Program-made: the position numbers and the translations under genes
Notes under the pieces: generated by a model
What the model was told of the DNA's origin: nothing
What the model saw: only the letters and a program-made list of their open reading frames with translations
The model's database searches: none
Origin: an uncultured Chloroflexia bacterium
Lineage (GTDB): Bacteria > Chloroflexota > Limnocylindria > Limnocylindrales > CSP1-4
Length of the DNA stretch: 64,000 bases
Reading direction: 5' to 3'
Assembly (NCBI GenBank): GCA_963748625.1
Contig: CAVVJT010000004.1
Location: 160,001 to 224,000 of the forward strand
Shown: one piece after another, positions 9,249 to 19,132 of the stretch
How positions within the stretch are numbered: the first letter of the stretch is position 1
Layout of the letters: the number at the start of each line of letters is the position of its first letter

Positions 9249-10028
9249 CTACGGCTTGCGGGCCACCAGCACGGCGCGTTCGGCGCCCGGCCCGATCTCG
9301 CCCAGCTCGTAGTCACCGGCGAGCGTCTCCACTTCGAGCCCGGCGGCCTCCGCCATGTCCACGAGGTCATCGCCTGACAGCAGGCGCAGGCGATCGGTGC
9401 GGACCCAGCGGACGGGAGCCTCGCCGGGACGCCCTTCCTCGAAGATGGTCGTGAGGCGCACGGACGAGGAGGCGGCGTCGTAGATGGCGCTCCCGGTCTT
9501 CGTGACCTCGTTGCCGGTCTCGGGATCGGTGCGAACCCACTCCAGGACGAGCCGGCCGTCGTAGCGGGCGAGGTCCTCCGCGTCAGGCAGCCAGGCATCG
9601 ACCATCGCAAGGCCGCCGGGCTCGAGGTGCGCCGCAAGGGTCGCCACGGCCGCTGCCTGGTCAGCGCGGGAGCCCATCAGGAAGATCGAGTTGAGCGGAA
9701 TGCACGCGAGGCCGAATGCTCCCGCCTCGGGCAGGCGGACGGAGCGTGCGTCACCCTCGACGAGGCGGAGACGGCGCGCCACCGAGCGGCCGGCGGCGTC
9801 GGCCAGGCGCCGGGCCCTCGCCAGCATCGCCTGGTCAAGGTCAACGCCCGTGACCTCGAAGCCGTCCCGGGCCAGAGGGATCGCCAGGCGGCCCGAGCCC
9901 ACGGCCAGCTCGAGGACCGGCCCGCCGGAGCGGGCAGCGAGCGCGAGCAGCAGGTCGAGGTCGCCCGGATCCTCCGAGAGGTCCAGGTCGTAGAGGCGGG
10001 CGAGGGCCGCCGCCGGGGCTTCGGGCAT
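9249..10028 (-). CDS. class I SAM-dependent methyltransferase
   Basis: VLELAVGSGR, VTGVDLD, VEGDAR motifs. Confidence 0.85.
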   Translation of the reverse strand: MPEAPAAALARLYDLDLSEDPGDLDLLLALAARSGGPVLELAVGSGRLAIPLARDGFEVTGVDLDQAMLARARRLADAAGRSVARRLRLVEGDARSVRLPEAGAFGLACIPLNSIFLMGSRADQAAAVATLAAHLEPGGLAMVDAWLPDAEDLARYDGRLVLEWVRTDPETGNEVTKTGSAIYDAASSSVRLTTIFEEGRPGEAPVRWVRTDRLRLLSGDDLVDMAEAAGLEVETLAGDYELGEIGPGAERAVLVARKP

Positions 10029-10045
10029 GGCTGGAGCGTGCCTTC

Positions 10046-11107
10046 CTAGCGCCCTGGGCGCTCGAAACGGATGGTCGCGCCGGCCTGGCGCTTCGCGGCG
10101 AGGGCGCTGATCACCTCCAGCGCCACCCGGTTGGCGACCATCGCCGTCACTTCGGCGTGGTCGTAGGGAGGGCTCACCTCGACGATGTCCATGCCGGCGA
10201 TCTCCACCGCACCTGCAATCCGCCGGACCGCCCGCAGCAGCTCCCGCGGCAGGAGGCCGCCGGGCTCCGGGGTGCCGGTTCCGGGCGCCGAGCCCGGGTC
10301 GATGACGTCGATGTCCACCGAGATGTAGATCGCGTCCGGGCCGTCGAGGGCCTCGGCGATGGCATCGTCGATCACGGCTTCGGCGCCCCGCTCCTCCACC
10401 TCGCGCATGAGGTGCCAGCGCAGCCCCTGCTCCTTCATCCACTCGAATGTCTCGACCGGGGGCCAGTACCCCCGCAGGCCAACCTGGACGAAGTTGCGGC
10501 CCTTGACCGCGCCACTCTCGATGAGCCGGCGCATCGGCGTCCCGTGGCTCGCCAGCACGCCAAAGACGTCGCTGGCGGTGTCCGCGTGGGCGTCGAAGTG
10601 GACGATGCCGATGGAGCCGGGCCTCCGCACCTCCGCGACCGCGGTGGCAGACGGCCAGGTGATGGAGTGGTCACCGCCGAGCACGATCGGGATCGCGCCG
10701 GTCGAGGCGACATCGTGGACCTTGCGGTAGATGAAGCTGTGGGACCGCGCGATCCAGGACGGGACGATGTTCGCGTCGCCCGCGTCCACGACGGTGAGGA
10801 TGTCGAGGGGCTCGACACCCATCAGCTGGAGGGAGTGGATGGAGCCGGACGAGTACTGGGCCTCGCGGATGGCTCGCGGGCCGAACCGGGCGCCCGGCCG
10901 GTGGCTGGCCGCGTCGTCGAAGGGCGCGCCGATGATCGCGATATCCGTGTTCCGGGCGCGGATCTCGGCCGGGTCGGTGACGTACGGCAGCTTGTGGAAG
11001 GTCGGGATGCCGACGTAGGTGGGCAGATCGTAGTCGTCGAACGCCTCGTAGGGCTGATCCCAGCCGTTGCGGGCGGCGAATTCGACGTCCTGCGGACGCT
11101 CGGCCAC
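10046..11107 (-). CDS. speB: agmatinase / ureohydrolase family
   Basis: GAPFD, RPGARFGP, GGDHSIT, DAHAD, SHGTP, SVDIDVIDP motifs; GTG at 11107 with a GAGG RBS. The ATG at 11182 overlaps a TACGAT -10-like box, so it is unlikely to be the start. Confidence 0.85.
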   Translation of the reverse strand: MAERPQDVEFAARNGWDQPYEAFDDYDLPTYVGIPTFHKLPYVTDPAEIRARNTDIAIIGAPFDDAASHRPGARFGPRAIREAQYSSGSIHSLQLMGVEPLDILTVVDAGDANIVPSWIARSHSFIYRKVHDVASTGAIPIVLGGDHSITWPSATAVAEVRRPGSIGIVHFDAHADTASDVFGVLASHGTPMRRLIESGAVKGRNFVQVGLRGYWPPVETFEWMKEQGLRWHLMREVEERGAEAVIDDAIAEALDGPDAIYISVDIDVIDPGSAPGTGTPEPGGLLPRELLRAVRRIAGAVEIAGMDIVEVSPPYDHAEVTAMVANRVALEVISALAAKRQAGATIRFERPGR

Positions 11108-11212
11108 GGGGTTCACCTCGCGGGGTGCGGGAGTGCGCCGCCAGTTCGGGTCCACCGCCCGGCGGGGCGCGCCGCCGGGCATCGTACCGGGTGGAGAGTG
11201 GATGCGGGGGCG

Positions 11213-12424
11213 TCAGGCCTCGCCGCGGAACTCCGTCCAGGCGGCTGCGACCTTCGCGGGGTCGAGCAGCAGGTCGAGCGCCGTCTGGGCGACCAGGTTC
11301 GCCGCCAGCAGGACCGTGTTGTCCGCGAAGGGACGGGCGGCGGCGTCGCGGAACTCGGTCGAGTGGCCGGGGGTGCGGGCCTCGGTGATGGTGAGCGTCG
11401 GGTGGATCGAGGGGACCACCCACGACACGTTCGCCATGTCCGTGGAGCCGGCCTCGAGGTCGATCCCGTGGTCGTGGATGCCGTACGGGGCGCTGTTGGC
11501 CCGCCACAGGTCCGCCAGGACCTGGTTGTTCTTCATCGTGCAGGCCCAGCCGGAGAACTCCACGCTGACCTGGCAGTCCGCGGCGAGCGCAGCGGCCTTG
11601 CAGAGGTCGGTGAAGCGGGCCTTCATGACCTCGTAGTAGGCCTGGTCGGCGCTGCGGATCATGAACCAGGCGCGTGTGCGGTCCGGGATGATGTTGGCGG
11701 CCGTCCCGCCTTCCTGGATGATCCCGTGGACGCGGGTGTGGGTCGGGAGCTGCTGGCGCCACATGCCGACGGACACGAACAGCCCGATCATCGCGTCGAG
11801 GGCGTTCCTGCCCATCCACGGGTCGGACGCGGCGTGGCTCTGGAGGCCGGTGAAGATCACAGTCACGTCCTCGGACGCGAGCGGCGCGATCTCGACGCGG
11901 TCGATGTCGGAGGGGTGGAACAGGAGCGCGGCGTCGACGCCCTCGAAGAGGCCGTCCTTGATCATGATCTCCTTGCCGCTCCCCCGCTCCTCCGCCGGGG
12001 TGCCGAGGAACACCACCTCGCCTGCCCACTGGTCGCGGATCTGCGCGAGGGCGATCGCGGCGCCCACGCCCGAGGCTGCCATCGTGTTGTGGCCGCACCC
12101 GTGACCGAGGCCTGGGAGCGCGTCGTACTCGGCGAGGACGGCGATGCGCGGGCCGTCGGCGCCCTTGCCGCCGGTGATGCGACCCCGGACGGCGGTGGCG
12201 AGGGAGCCCGCGGGGGCCTCGACCTCGTAGCCGTGGCGGGCGATCGCCTCCGCGACCCAGGCGGCGGCCTTGACCTCCTCGAAGGCGGGCTCGGGGTTGG
12301 CGTGGATCCGGTGGCTCAGGTCGAGGATCTCGTCCCTGGCCGCCAGGATCGCGGCTGTGGCGGCGGCCTTCTGCTCGGGGAAGGGACCGGCAGGCGTGGT
12401 GGCAGTGGTCAGCGGCTCGGGCAC
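11213..12424 (-). CDS. M20-family amidohydrolase (Acy1L2/AbgB-like)
   Basis: HANPE, AEYDALPGLGHGCGHN, GTPAEE, GSTDMANVS motifs. Confidence 0.88.
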   Translation of the reverse strand: MPEPLTTATTPAGPFPEQKAAATAAILAARDEILDLSHRIHANPEPAFEEVKAAAWVAEAIARHGYEVEAPAGSLATAVRGRITGGKGADGPRIAVLAEYDALPGLGHGCGHNTMAASGVGAAIALAQIRDQWAGEVVFLGTPAEERGSGKEIMIKDGLFEGVDAALLFHPSDIDRVEIAPLASEDVTVIFTGLQSHAASDPWMGRNALDAMIGLFVSVGMWRQQLPTHTRVHGIIQEGGTAANIIPDRTRAWFMIRSADQAYYEVMKARFTDLCKAAALAADCQVSVEFSGWACTMKNNQVLADLWRANSAPYGIHDHGIDLEAGSTDMANVSWVVPSIHPTLTITEARTPGHSTEFRDAAARPFADNTVLLAANLVAQTALDLLLDPAKVAAAWTEFRGEA

Positions 12425-12434
12425 GGGTGCGCTC

Positions 12435-12809
12435 CTAGCGTTCGGCGGAGAGGGTGATCTCCGCCACGACGAAGATGGCGGCGAGGAACAGGAGGATCGG
12501 CAGCTGGAAAGCATCCACGAGGCGCAGGACGACGAGCGCGGTGGCGAACAGCCCGACCCAGGCGCCGCGGCGGCCGGCCCGGACCCAGTCACCCTGGTAG
12601 GCGATCCGGCGGTGCCGTGCGAAGACGACCAGCCAGGCGAGCGGTGCGGCCGTCAAGCCGACGGCGGTCCCGATCAGCAACGCGCCGACGTAGCCCGCCA
12701 CCGGGTCCGCGTAGGGGTCCCGGGTGGTGACGAGGACGCCGACCAGCACCCAGGCGACAAGCGCGAGGGCGAGCAGGACGAGGTTGGCGATCCGGTCCCG
12801 GGTCTCCAT
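12435..12809 (-). CDS. hypothetical membrane protein (about 4 TM)
   Basis: four hydrophobic segments; TAGACT -10-like box upstream. Confidence 0.7.
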   Translation of the reverse strand: METRDRIANLVLLALALVAWVLVGVLVTTRDPYADPVAGYVGALLIGTAVGLTAAPLAWLVVFARHRRIAYQGDWVRAGRRGAWVGLFATALVVLRLVDAFQLPILLFLAAIFVVAEITLSAER

Positions 12810-12830
12810 CTGGAACCGAGTCTACCGATG

Positions 12831-12997
12831 GGGTCGTGTCGCGGGGCGGTGGCCCTGCGTGGAGGCCGCCCGGCGACCGGTTCAGGCCCGACGAGCGCCA
12901 TGACCTCGGTTCGCACCGCCCGGCGGCAAGAAGGTGCGGCATCCTGCACATAAGGCCCGCTCAACGGGATGCGACGGCTCGGCGGCGCGACAGGCCC
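12831..12997 (+). ncRNA. candidate structured RNA (unassigned)
   Basis: intergenic region whose ends pair (GGGTC-G-TGTCGCG / CGCGACA-GGCCC) and enclose three hairpins; no recognised family motif. Confidence 0.35.
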
Positions 12998-13782
12998 TAC
13001 TCCTCGAAGGCCGCGAGTGCCCCGGGAAGGTCCGCGAGCGCGTGGACCTCGAGGTCCGCATCCACCTCGCCATCCCGCTCGGAGCCCGGCAGCGGCGAGT
13101 CGCCTGGGCGGACTGTGAGGTAGCCGGCCCTCCAGCCCGCCCGTTTCGCGCCTACCACGTCCGCGGCCCAGTCGTCGCCCACGTGGAGGATCGACATCGG
13201 GGAAGGGTCACCGAGCGCGGAGCGGGCCGCGGCGAAGATGGCCGGGTGGGGCTTGATCGTCCCCACACGCTGCGAGACCACGATGGCCGCGAGCAGTGGT
13301 CCCCAACCGCGGGCCTCCACGTACCGGTCGATGGTCGCCGCGAGCGGCCAGTTCGACAGGATCGCGACCCGGTACCGCGCGGCAAGTGTCCGCAGCACCG
13401 CCTCGGCGGCCGGGTCCGGAGGCAACGCGTCCACGAACGAGCGCGAGTAGGTCTCGACGATGCCCGCCACCTCGGCCGGGGTGGACCAGGCCGCGGCCGC
13501 CATGTCGTCCCACGGAGCGTCCGCCGGCGGCACCGTCATCCCCCGCAGCCGCGCCACCACCCTGACCACCCGTTGCGCGAGATCCACCTCGCGGAACTGC
13601 GGAACCTCGTCGCGGAACTGGCGCTCGCGCTCCTCGTGCCAGGCCGCCAGCACGTCGGCCACCACGAACGGCCCCAGCCGCTCCGCCATCGCCTCGGCCG
13701 TGATGGCCACGACAACCCGAAGCCCGCCCGCCGGCACCGGGACCAGCGTGTTGCCGAAGTCGAGCGTGACGACCTCGATCAC
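12997..13782 (-). CDS. HAD-superfamily hydrolase
   Basis: DFGNTL motif I, ILSN, KPHP, HVGDDWAADVVGA. Confidence 0.88.
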   Translation of the reverse strand: MIEVVTLDFGNTLVPVPAGGLRVVVAITAEAMAERLGPFVVADVLAAWHEERERQFRDEVPQFREVDLAQRVVRVVARLRGMTVPPADAPWDDMAAAAWSTPAEVAGIVETYSRSFVDALPPDPAAEAVLRTLAARYRVAILSNWPLAATIDRYVEARGWGPLLAAIVVSQRVGTIKPHPAIFAAARSALGDPSPMSILHVGDDWAADVVGAKRAGWRAGYLTVRPGDSPLPGSERDGEVDADLEVHALADLPGALAAFEE

Positions 13783-14666
13783 GACCCAACCCCCTCCCCG
13801 TCGGCCGCGAGCCGCGCCCGGGCGATCTGGACTGCCGCCGGGTTCCGGTCCACCAGCAGCCAGCGCCGTCCCAGCCGCGCAGCCGCCACGCCCGTCGTCC
13901 CCGAACCCGCGAAGGGGTCCAGCACCAGGTCACCCGGCCGGCTCGACGCCGCCACGATCCGTTCCAGCAGCCGGACCGGCTTCTGGGTCGGGTAGCCCGT
14001 CCGCTCGGCCGAGGCCGGCGGCACGATCGTCATCCACCAGACGTCGGTGGGCAGCTTGCCGCGGGACGCCTTCTCAGGCCCCACCAGCCCCGGCGCCATG
14101 TACGGGATCCGGTCGACCGCGTCGCGCTCGAACCGCCAGTCCTCCCCCTTCGCGTACCAGAGGATCGTGTCGTGCTTGCGCGGCCACCGGTCCCGGTGCC
14201 GGCCCCCGTAGTCGTAGGCCCAGATGATCTCGTTGAGGAACCGTTCCGGCCCGAACACATCGTCCAGCAGCAGCCGCACGTGGTGCGATGTCCGCCAGTC
14301 CACGTGGAGGTACAGCGAGCCATCGTCCGCGAGCACCCGGTGCACCTCCTTCACCCGGGCCTCGAGCGCCGCCAGGTGCTGGTCCAGCGGCAGGTCGTCC
14401 TCGAAGGCGAGGTCCTGGACCACTTTGTAGCGGTACTCCCGCCCGCCGAACCCGCGCCGTGTCCGCTCCCCCGCCCCCGTACGGATGGACGCCAGCCGCT
14501 GCTGACGACCGGTCGCGAACGGCGGATCCGCGTAGGCGAGGTCCACGCACCCGTCCGGCAGCGCCGCGAGCACGTCGAGGTTGTCCGCCTCCACGACCGC
14601 GCCCCGCGCGCTCCCGTCGAGCACCGCCGAGACGGCGGCCTGGTCTGCATCCGTCAGCGGCACCAC
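13779..14666 (-). CDS. N4-cytosine/N6-adenine DNA methyltransferase, beta class (orphan)
   Basis: YADPPF motif IV precedes VLDPFAGSGTT motif I; YPTQKP, NEIIW. Confidence 0.88.
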   Translation of the reverse strand: MVPLTDADQAAVSAVLDGSARGAVVEADNLDVLAALPDGCVDLAYADPPFATGRQQRLASIRTGAGERTRRGFGGREYRYKVVQDLAFEDDLPLDQHLAALEARVKEVHRVLADDGSLYLHVDWRTSHHVRLLLDDVFGPERFLNEIIWAYDYGGRHRDRWPRKHDTILWYAKGEDWRFERDAVDRIPYMAPGLVGPEKASRGKLPTDVWWMTIVPPASAERTGYPTQKPVRLLERIVAASSRPGDLVLDPFAGSGTTGVAAARLGRRWLLVDRNPAAVQIARARLAADGEGVGS

Positions 14667-14670
14667 GACC

Positions 14671-17600
14671 CTAGCGTGCCACGCTCGACGGACAGATCTC
14701 CCGGAAGGCGCAGTACGTGCACGCCATGTGGTCGGGCTTGGCCGAGAAGTCCCCGGCGCGGATCCCGGTGGCGGCCGTCTTGATGGACTCCCGCGCCTTC
14801 TCGATCCGCTTCGTGTCCACCGGCGTCGTCCCGACGAGGCCCGTGTCGAGGAAGTGGAGCGCGACTGCGTCCGGCAGGCGCCCGGTCGCCGCCTCGTAGC
14901 CCATCGCGTAGATCGAGAGCTGGAGGCTGTTCTTCGCCCGCTCCCTCGCCTTGGCCGGGTCCCGCACGTCCGACGACTTGTAGTCCGTGATCACGACCCG
15001 CTCGGCCGCCGCGAACAGCGTGGGCTCCACGACGTCCGCCCCCGATACCGACCGCACCCCGTGCAACGCAGGCTCAAGGGCGGTCGAGCCACCGGGCGCC
15101 CCCGCCGGGATGATGTCCACGCGGTCGTAGCGCCCGCGCACCCGGTCTCCGTCGAGCATGAAGCTGAACTCCCGCTCCACGAATGCCGGGATCACGGCGC
15201 CCGGCACCAGCTGCTCCTCGCGGAAGCGGCGCAGCGCGTCCCGGCCGGCGGCCAGGCGCGCCTCCTCGTGCTCGCGGGAGAGGAACCCGTCCGACGTCCA
15301 TGCCTGCTGGAACACGGCAACCAGCGCGTCCTCCGTCATCACCTCGCCGCGCTTGTGCCGGCGGTGGAACTCCGACACGGCCGCGTGGAGCGCCGAGCCG
15401 TAGATGATCGAGTGGTGCGGGGCCAGCGGCACGCGCAGGAGATGCGCGTACTTGTACTTTCGGGGGCAGGTCAGGTAGTCGTCGATCGCGTAGAAGGACA
15501 GCATCAGCGGCTCGCCACCGCGCGAGCGCGGCGCCACCGGGGACGGCGCGGTCCGCTCGTTCGCGGCCAGCCGCTCCAGGGGCGAGGCGGGCTTCGCTCC
15601 CGCACCGGCGGCACCCGCCGCCACGGGCAGGTCCAGCGCCTCGAGCACGAACGGTGACACCCGCCGCGCCCGCTGGCCGCCGTAGTCCGCGGCATGCGTG
15701 AGGAGCAGCTCATCGCGGGCCCGGGTCATGCCGACGTAGAAGAGACGGCGCTCCTCCTGGAGCTGGTAGTCGCCCTCGGGCAGCGTCTCCTTGACGAGCT
15801 CCACCGGCAGCGCGAGCGGCTCCCGGCGGCCCGTGGCCGGGAAGCGGCCAGTGATCAGGCCGGGCAGGTAGACCACCGGGAACTCGAGACCCTTCGCCTT
15901 GTGCACAGTCATGACCGCCACCGCCTCGGCGTCGGGATCGATGTCAGCCGTGGGCGGATCATCACCTGCCTGGATCAGCGTCTGGAGATGCCGGGCAACG
16001 AACACGGCCCGGTCGTCGGCGAGCAGGGCCGACTGCGCCCGCACGATGTCGAAGAAGCGCGCGATGTTGGAGAGCGCCTCCTCGTTGGCCACCGAGTCCG
16101 TCTCCGCGAGCCGCTTGAGCCAGCCGGTGCCCCGCAGAAACGCGTACAACACCTCGCCTGCCGAGCGCTCGTGCGCCATCTGGACATAGAGCCCGAGGTC
16201 CTCCACCAGCCTCGCGCCCGCGGCGCGCGTCTCGGGCGAGAGGCGCAGGATGCCCGGCTGGCGGGTGAGCTCCTCGAGGATCTCGTAGATGGACCGGTTC
16301 CGGCGGCGGGCCATGTTCACGACCCCGACCAGGTCCGTGCCGCCCAGGCCGTACAGCTCCGACGCGGCCAGCCCGTACACGTCCACCGACGATCCCAGGT
16401 CCGCGATCGCGCGCAGGAAGGCGAGCAGAAGCTTGACCTCCGGGCGGGAGTACAGACCCGACGTGCCGGAGAACCGCCACGGGACGGCCTCCAGGTTCAG
16501 CGAGCGCAGCACGGGGTCCGCCGCAGCATTTGAGCGGACGAGCACGGCCACGTCCCGCGGCGACGCCCCCTCGCGGATGCGCCGGGCGATGTCCGACGCG
16601 ATCCAGTCCGCCTCCTCGTGGCCGGTGGCGAACGCCTCGTGACGGACGGCGGGCGCGCCATTGGCCCCGCGCTCCGCGACCAGCTTCTTCACGATCCCGG
16701 CCCTGACCTCCAGGCGATCCGGGTCGTTGTGGCGGACGAGACGGTAGGCGGCATCCAGGATGGGAGCGCGCGAGCGGTAGTTGCGCCGCAAGACGACCAC
16801 CTTGGCGTTCTTGTAGCGCTCCCGGAACTCGAGGATGTTGCTGATGGCGGCACCGCGGAACTTGTAGATGGACTGGTCGTCGTCGCCCACGACCGTCACG
16901 TTGCGGTGCCGCTGGGCCACGAGCGCGACCAGCTCCGCCTGGGCGCGGTTGGTGTCCTGGAACTCGTCCACGAGCACGTGCCTGAACCGGCGCTGGACCT
17001 GGTCCCGGGCGGCCGGCGACTCCCGAAGCAGCCGGAGCGCCAGGGACACCTGGTCCCCGAAGTCGATGGACCCGTTCTCAGCCAGGAGCCGCTGGTAGGC
17101 CGCGTAGGCGCGGGCGAGCTCCCTGCGCTTGCGCCCCTCCTCGGCCAGCGCCGCCGTCGCGTCGCGCTCCTCGTCTGTGGCCGCATCCCCGGCCGCCTCC
17201 AGCGCCGCCGCCGCCGTGGCGGCCTGCCCCGACAGGTGCGCCGCGTGGGCCGCAAAGGCCTCCGGCGAGACATCCTCGTCCTTCGCCCTCGAGAACAGCG
17301 TGGCCAGGGCGTCCAGGAACTTCGTGGGGTCACCCAGCGGCCGGTACTCGTCCAGGCCCAGCTCGAAGATGTGCTCCGCGAGGAACACCACGGTCTCCGG
17401 GCGCGACAGCACGCGCACGTCCGACGGCAGCCCCAGCTCCAGCGCGAACTCCCGCACGAGCCGGTCACCGAACGCGTGGAACGTGGAGATGGCCGTGTCC
17501 GTGTAGCCGTACGGCACCAGCTGGTCCACGCGGACCTGCATCTCGTCCGCCGCCTGGTCCGTGAAGGTGAGGGCCAGGATCTCCGACGGGCGCGCCTGCT

Positions 17601-17847
17601 TGGACGCGATCAGCCAGGCGATGCGGCGCGTGATGACCTGGGTCTTGCCGGTCCCGGCGCCCGCGACCACGAGCAGCGGGCCATCTCCGTGGAGGACCGC
17701 CTTGCGCTGCTCCAGGTTCAGCCCGGCCAGCAGCTGCTCCATGCCGGCAGGCGCAGCAGGCTCGTCGAGGATGAGCGGCTCCCCGGTGTCCCACACGGGG
17801 ATCTGGACGAGCGGCTCCGGCTCGCCGCGGACGGCCTTGCGCCTCAC
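14671..17847 (-). CDS. UvrD/PcrA-like SF1 helicase fused to a PD-(D/E)xK nuclease with four Cys (AdnA/AdnB-like)
   Basis: AGAGTGKT, VDEFQD, VGDDDQSIY, NYRS, TVHKAKGLEF, EERRLFYVGMTRA; nuclease TCPRKY...GRYDRVD...DYKS...CTYCAFREIC; AAGGAG RBS before GTG 17847 (alternative start 17952). Confidence 0.88.
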   Translation of the reverse strand: MRRKAVRGEPEPLVQIPVWDTGEPLILDEPAAPAGMEQLLAGLNLEQRKAVLHGDGPLLVVAGAGTGKTQVITRRIAWLIASKQARPSEILALTFTDQAADEMQVRVDQLVPYGYTDTAISTFHAFGDRLVREFALELGLPSDVRVLSRPETVVFLAEHIFELGLDEYRPLGDPTKFLDALATLFSRAKDEDVSPEAFAAHAAHLSGQAATAAAALEAAGDAATDEERDATAALAEEGRKRRELARAYAAYQRLLAENGSIDFGDQVSLALRLLRESPAARDQVQRRFRHVLVDEFQDTNRAQAELVALVAQRHRNVTVVGDDDQSIYKFRGAAISNILEFRERYKNAKVVVLRRNYRSRAPILDAAYRLVRHNDPDRLEVRAGIVKKLVAERGANGAPAVRHEAFATGHEEADWIASDIARRIREGASPRDVAVLVRSNAAADPVLRSLNLEAVPWRFSGTSGLYSRPEVKLLLAFLRAIADLGSSVDVYGLAASELYGLGGTDLVGVVNMARRRNRSIYEILEELTRQPGILRLSPETRAAGARLVEDLGLYVQMAHERSAGEVLYAFLRGTGWLKRLAETDSVANEEALSNIARFFDIVRAQSALLADDRAVFVARHLQTLIQAGDDPPTADIDPDAEAVAVMTVHKAKGLEFPVVYLPGLITGRFPATGRREPLALPVELVKETLPEGDYQLQEERRLFYVGMTRARDELLLTHAADYGGQRARRVSPFVLEALDLPVAAGAAGAGAKPASPLERLAANERTAPSPVAPRSRGGEPLMLSFYAIDDYLTCPRKYKYAHLLRVPLAPHHSIIYGSALHAAVSEFHRRHKRGEVMTEDALVAVFQQAWTSDGFLSREHEEARLAAGRDALRRFREEQLVPGAVIPAFVEREFSFMLDGDRVRGRYDRVDIIPAGAPGGSTALEPALHGVRSVSGADVVEPTLFAAAERVVITDYKSSDVRDPAKARERAKNSLQLSIYAMGYEAATGRLPDAVALHFLDTGLVGTTPVDTKRIEKARESIKTAATGIRAGDFSAKPDHMACTYCAFREICPSSVAR

Positions 17848-18007
17848 GGGACGCTCCTTGCACTGCGGGCGGGCAGGGCTGGGCTGGCGGGCAGAGCTTG
17901 GGGTGGGGCCGGCGGCGTCCGGCGAATGAGGAGCTCGAGGTGGTCTGGACACGCGCCCAGCGTGGCGTGGACCCGTGCCAGCTCCGGTGTCACGGGTCGC
18001 ATGCGGA

Positions 18008-18526
18008 TCAGGCCTTCGCCGCTCCCGCGCCCGACGCGAGCGCGATCTTGAGCGCCTCCTCCTCCTCGCTCGACATGGCGGTGTCGCAACGGCCGGCGAT
18101 GATCGCCTTCGCGTACATGCGCGTGCCGTTGCGCGAGTGGAGGCTGCTCACGATGAGCCCGTCCGCGTCCTGGTCCAGCAACGCCAGCGCAAAGCTCTGG
18201 TTGCCACCGGTGTCCTCGAACGGGTTGAACCGCACCAGGCCGACCTTCTGGAAAGCCTTGCGCTGGATCCGTGCGAGGTCCGCCGCCTTCGTGGTCAGCT
18301 CGTCGACGTCCCGGTTGAGGGCATACACGCGCTCGAGGTGTGAGCCCAGGATCGACTCCAGGCTGGTCCCGTCCTCGCCGCGCGTCAGGCCCTGCAGCCG
18401 CTTGTCCAACTTCGCCGTCCGGCGGGCAAGCAGCAGCACGGCCACCGCAAGCACGATGCAGACAAATCCGAGCACGCCGAGCACGAGGCCGGGCGAGGTC
18501 GTCATGAGCTGGTCGAGGGCGTCCAA
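18008..18526 (-). CDS. DUF4446-family membrane-anchored protein
   Basis: N-terminal TM, coiled coil, VGLVRFNPFEDTGGNQSFALALLD...SLHSR...YAK...SEEE motif. Confidence 0.8.
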   Translation of the reverse strand: MDALDQLMTTSPGLVLGVLGFVCIVLAVAVLLLARRTAKLDKRLQGLTRGEDGTSLESILGSHLERVYALNRDVDELTTKAADLARIQRKAFQKVGLVRFNPFEDTGGNQSFALALLDQDADGLIVSSLHSRNGTRMYAKAIIAGRCDTAMSSEEEEALKIALASGAGAAKA

Positions 18527-18678
18527 GAAGCGTCTCCGTGTGGGGCGCCGCCGAGTCTACCAGCAGCCCCTCATGCGCCTCCCTCCGCCTCCGTCCACCT
18601 CCCTCCGCCCGGCCGGTGTATCCTCCCGGCCGACGCCGCGCGCGCGGCCCGAACCACCAGGAGGCCCCGAACCCCGTC

Positions 18679-19071
18679 ATGGCGAAGCGAGCACGCGGCA
18701 GCGTCCGTCCCGGCCAGCGTCGGCCGATCGACAAGCGTCCGGCCGCCCCCGCCACCCCCGCGGCGGCCCCGGCCCCCAAGCCCACGGGTCTCTCGGAGGC
18801 CGAGCTCGCTCGCGCCGCCGAGCTCGAGGCAGAGATGGTCGCGCAGGAGCGCGCCCTCGAGGACACGCGCAAGCGGACCAAGGAGCGCGCGACTGCCAGC
18901 CGCGAGTACGTCCCCGTCTCCGCCGCCGGCTTCGCCGCCGCCGAGGCGAAGGAGTACGCCTACGTCGCGCGCGACGTGAAGCGCATCCTGCGCGTCGCGG
19001 GCCTGGAGCTCGCGATCCTCGCGGTGCTCTACGTCCTCATCGACGTCGTCGGGGTCGTCAAGATCGGCTGA
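18679..19071 (+). CDS. hypothetical protein with C-terminal TM helix
   Basis: GGAGG RBS, basic N-terminus, EYAYVARDVKRI followed by a hydrophobic tail. Confidence 0.7.
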   Translation: MAKRARGSVRPGQRRPIDKRPAAPATPAAAPAPKPTGLSEAELARAAELEAEMVAQERALEDTRKRTKERATASREYVPVSAAGFAAAEAKEYAYVARDVKRILRVAGLELAILAVLYVLIDVVGVVKIG

Positions 19072-19132
19072 GCCGCTCTCGGGCGCGCCGGGGACAGGCC
19101 CGGACGGGGGTCCGGCAACCCAGCAGGGAGCC

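Noticed and set aside
10157-12457. 766-aa + strand ORF, and similar long ORFs such as 24954..27020, 43548..45461 and 49715..51793
   Set aside because: Antisense shadows of well-supported genes; stop codons are rare at this GC content and the translations carry no family motifs
12843-12900. SRP (4.5S) RNA
   Set aside because: TCAGG is present but the GNRA tetraloop and AGCAG of helix 8 are missing
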